A stretch of DNA of 64,000 bases from Lama glama (lineage: Eukaryota). Positions 61,481-64,000 of the stretch are shown piece after piece; positions within the stretch are counted from its first letter, which is position 1, and every line of letters starts with the position of its first letter. Below the pieces are notes generated by a model. The model worked only from the letters and a program-made list of their open reading frames with translations. It ran no database searches and had not been told where the DNA came from. The stretch lies in contig CM052817.1 in assembly GCA_028534125.1 (NCBI GenBank), positions 3,908,001 through 3,972,000 on the forward strand, written 5' to 3'. The position numbers and the translations under genes are program-made.

Positions 61481-64000
61481 GAAGCAGAGGGAAGGAGGGT
61501 GGGGTGACCCACAGGGAGGAAGCTGCCGAGAGGTCAGCTAAGGAAGGAGGCCTGCGGCTCATCCACTGGTTCCAGGCACAGGAAAGTCACTCTCAACACG
61601 GCTGAGACTGGAAGTGTCTTTTTTGGGAGGCATGGTGGGCTGGTGAGAAGAAGCCAGGTTGGCAGAGGGCTCCAGCAGTGAGTGGGGGATGGGGAAGAGG
61701 AGTTGGTGAATGTGGATCCTGTTGTGAAGAAGAGAGCACAGCACAGGGCTGGCAGCTGGCAGGGGACGTGAGGTCAGAACTGTTTTTTTAAACGTGGAAA
61801 AGATCTGATCAGGTTTTGCCAAGGGGAGCGCCAAAACTGATGCTGACCAATTTCGCCCTCTCAGAGAGGTCCTCTCCACTCCCTTCGTAAAATAGACTCT
61901 GCCTTCCGTCTCCATCCCTGCACCCACTTTCTCTTCTCACTCATCAGGACCTCCATGTCACATACTCACATCATCACGTTGATCTCACTCCACTAACAGG
62001 TCAACCCCACGGGAGTAGAGAGTTCCATCTGTTCTGTTCTCATTACCCATGTGCTGGATATGTGCCTGTACATAGTAGGTGCTCAGCCCACATTTGTCAT
62101 GAATGAATGAAAGCACAGGGATGAGTCTATACAGAAAGAGAGGCAGGATTGGAAGCTCAGCCTTGTGCCAAGGGACGGGGCCCAGGCAGATACAGAAAGA
62201 GGAAGCAGTGGATGGCATGAGATTGAGAGGGGTGGACGGGGGAGAGAGCAGGAGGTTGAGGGAGGGGACTTGGTACTGATGTGGGTGCTTCAGGAGAATG
62301 GAGGGGACAGAGCAGAGGAGCCCTGAGGGAGTCAGAGGAGACTGCATGTGTGTGTGGGGGGGGGTCATGCAGAGGGGTCCAGCCTCGTGGTCCTGCGAGG
62401 TTGAAGGCCACCAACTCCAGGGTCCCCAGCCTGGCTTGGAGGCTGATGAAAGGGGTGGATCACTGTGTTTGGCCAGGGTAGGGCTAGTTTACTGTGATCC
62501 AGGGCATCCTGGAAGACAGGGTGGGTGTTCCAGCAGGATTGACAGTTGGGGAGAATGGGGTGAGGGGGGTCTCCACAAGATCTCAGAAGAGAGGCTCAGC
62601 ATGATGATGCTAACATTCTAGAGCACCCTTGAGGCAGGCCCCTGCTAAGGATGAACTGGCCACACCTTGTGATTATGTCCATCTAACAGGCAAGGTTGTG
62701 CTTGCCTGGGGCCCCTGCGCTGTCAGGACTCAAGCCCAGTCTGTCCATCTTCCAGCGTCTGATGCTGTAGCCATTCTGCTACAATGAGTGAGAGAGGCGA
62801 ACAGGGAAATGGACAGAATGTGGGGTGCTGGGTTCTGGTGTGAGGTATGGGGCACCTGAGCAGACCAAGATGGGTGAGAAAGGACGTGGATGTCAGCCTC
62901 CTTCACATCCTGAGGGTCCTTGCATTTACCTGGTCTTTGCACTGGACTTGCACACCTGTGCTGTGAGGTGGACCACTGTGAGAAAGCTGAGGCTGGGATA
63001 GGTTGGGGACCTTCCTGGCCACTGAGCAACCAGGTGGTGGCACAGACAGAGCCCCAGGCCCCTCCTGGGTCCTGCCCTTTTCATTACGACCTGCACGGTG
63101 CTGGGAGAGCACCTTGTGCTCCTTCTTAGGGGCCCATTCTGGGCATGTCTAAAGCCCAGCTCTGGCTCCAGGGACTTCCTCCCACCCACTAGCAAGAAAC
63201 CTCAGGCAGCTTCCTCCTTTCCCAGTCTTTCCCATAACCCCATCCTTCTGCCCCAGCCCCGATTGGACTCTCCTGCCTCCACTGCAGTTTGGGGAGCTGC
63301 CTGGAGCCCCCAGAAAACCAGTTGAGAGGAGGAGAGTGTCACAGAATTGCCGGACTAGGGGAGACCAGCTCCACCTCCCACCTGGGACTTGAACCCCCAT
63401 CTCTTTAGCCGTGGTTACCCTTCCCTCTTTCCAAACGGGTTTTGCTGAGCATCTAGGAAGGCCTGCTGGGGGTGGTATGGGGGGGCGTGGCAGCAGTGGA
63501 AGTTGATCCATACCCACCCCAACACCTCTGAGGCCCCCACTGGGGTATGTGCTCCGTGCAGGGCACTCAGTTCATCAGGCAAGGGGTCAGCCTGGAGGAG
63601 ATGGCAGCTCGCCAAAGAGGGAACAAATAGTTTTTGAATGCTTGCTCTGTGTGAGGCACTGTGTGGGTGGGGGGGGGCGGCGATAATGACTAAGGGAAGG
63701 GGGGTGCTTTTCTGCCTGGCAGGAGGAGGGACCCGCATCTTCCAGCCTGTTTTTTGGAGTGTACCCTGCACTGTTTCTAAATATCACAGGTGAGCATGAG
63801 GAGAGATCACGGAGTTCTGCTTGGAGGAGGCCAGCTACCTCCAGCTATCTCACCCACAGTTCTGCCTTGTTTGTAGGGTGCTGATACTCAAACCGGCCCC
63901 CCAGCTTCTTCCCACGGGTCCAGTTTCGCGCTCCAGAGGGCCCTGGGAACTCGTCTGATCCACCCTCTTCTACCAACGAAGGGGGCTCTTGTCCCTCCTT

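Noticed and set aside
42300..64000. Numerous 60-200 aa ORFs right of the gap
   Set aside because: Many have non-ATG starts, low-complexity P/G/S/R composition, overlap on both strands, and show no recognisable domains or consistent exon chain.

Overview
Mammalian genomic DNA, most likely a camelid (Vic-1-type tRNA SINE at ~30.1-30.2 kb). The left half is the region orthologous to human 4p16.1, in reverse orientation. It carries BLOC1S4 (-, single coding exon), MRFAP1L1 (+), a degenerate third paralogue of the MRFAP1L2/LOC93622 type (-), and MRFAP1 (-). Each sits on its own CpG island, embedded in LTR/MaLR/L1/MIR/DNA-transposon debris. Most notable: (1) a ~344-bp tract with one mismatch shared by the inverted MRFAP1 and MRFAP1L1 coding sequences, pointing to gene conversion; (2) a third paralogue with no ATG, a frameshift and a lost stop that still keeps its promoter motif, CpG island and 3' exon; (3) a 500-N gap flanked by a 256-bp inverted duplication next to a rearranged L1, after which the expected MAN2B2 is not seen; (4) no recognisable S100P at its expected syntenic position. 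The right ~22 kb has no coding gene I can recognise, only old repeats and a few enhancer-like AT-rich islands. I found no evidence of a wholly new biological system. Repeat subfamily names and human sequence comparisons are from recall and need database confirmation.
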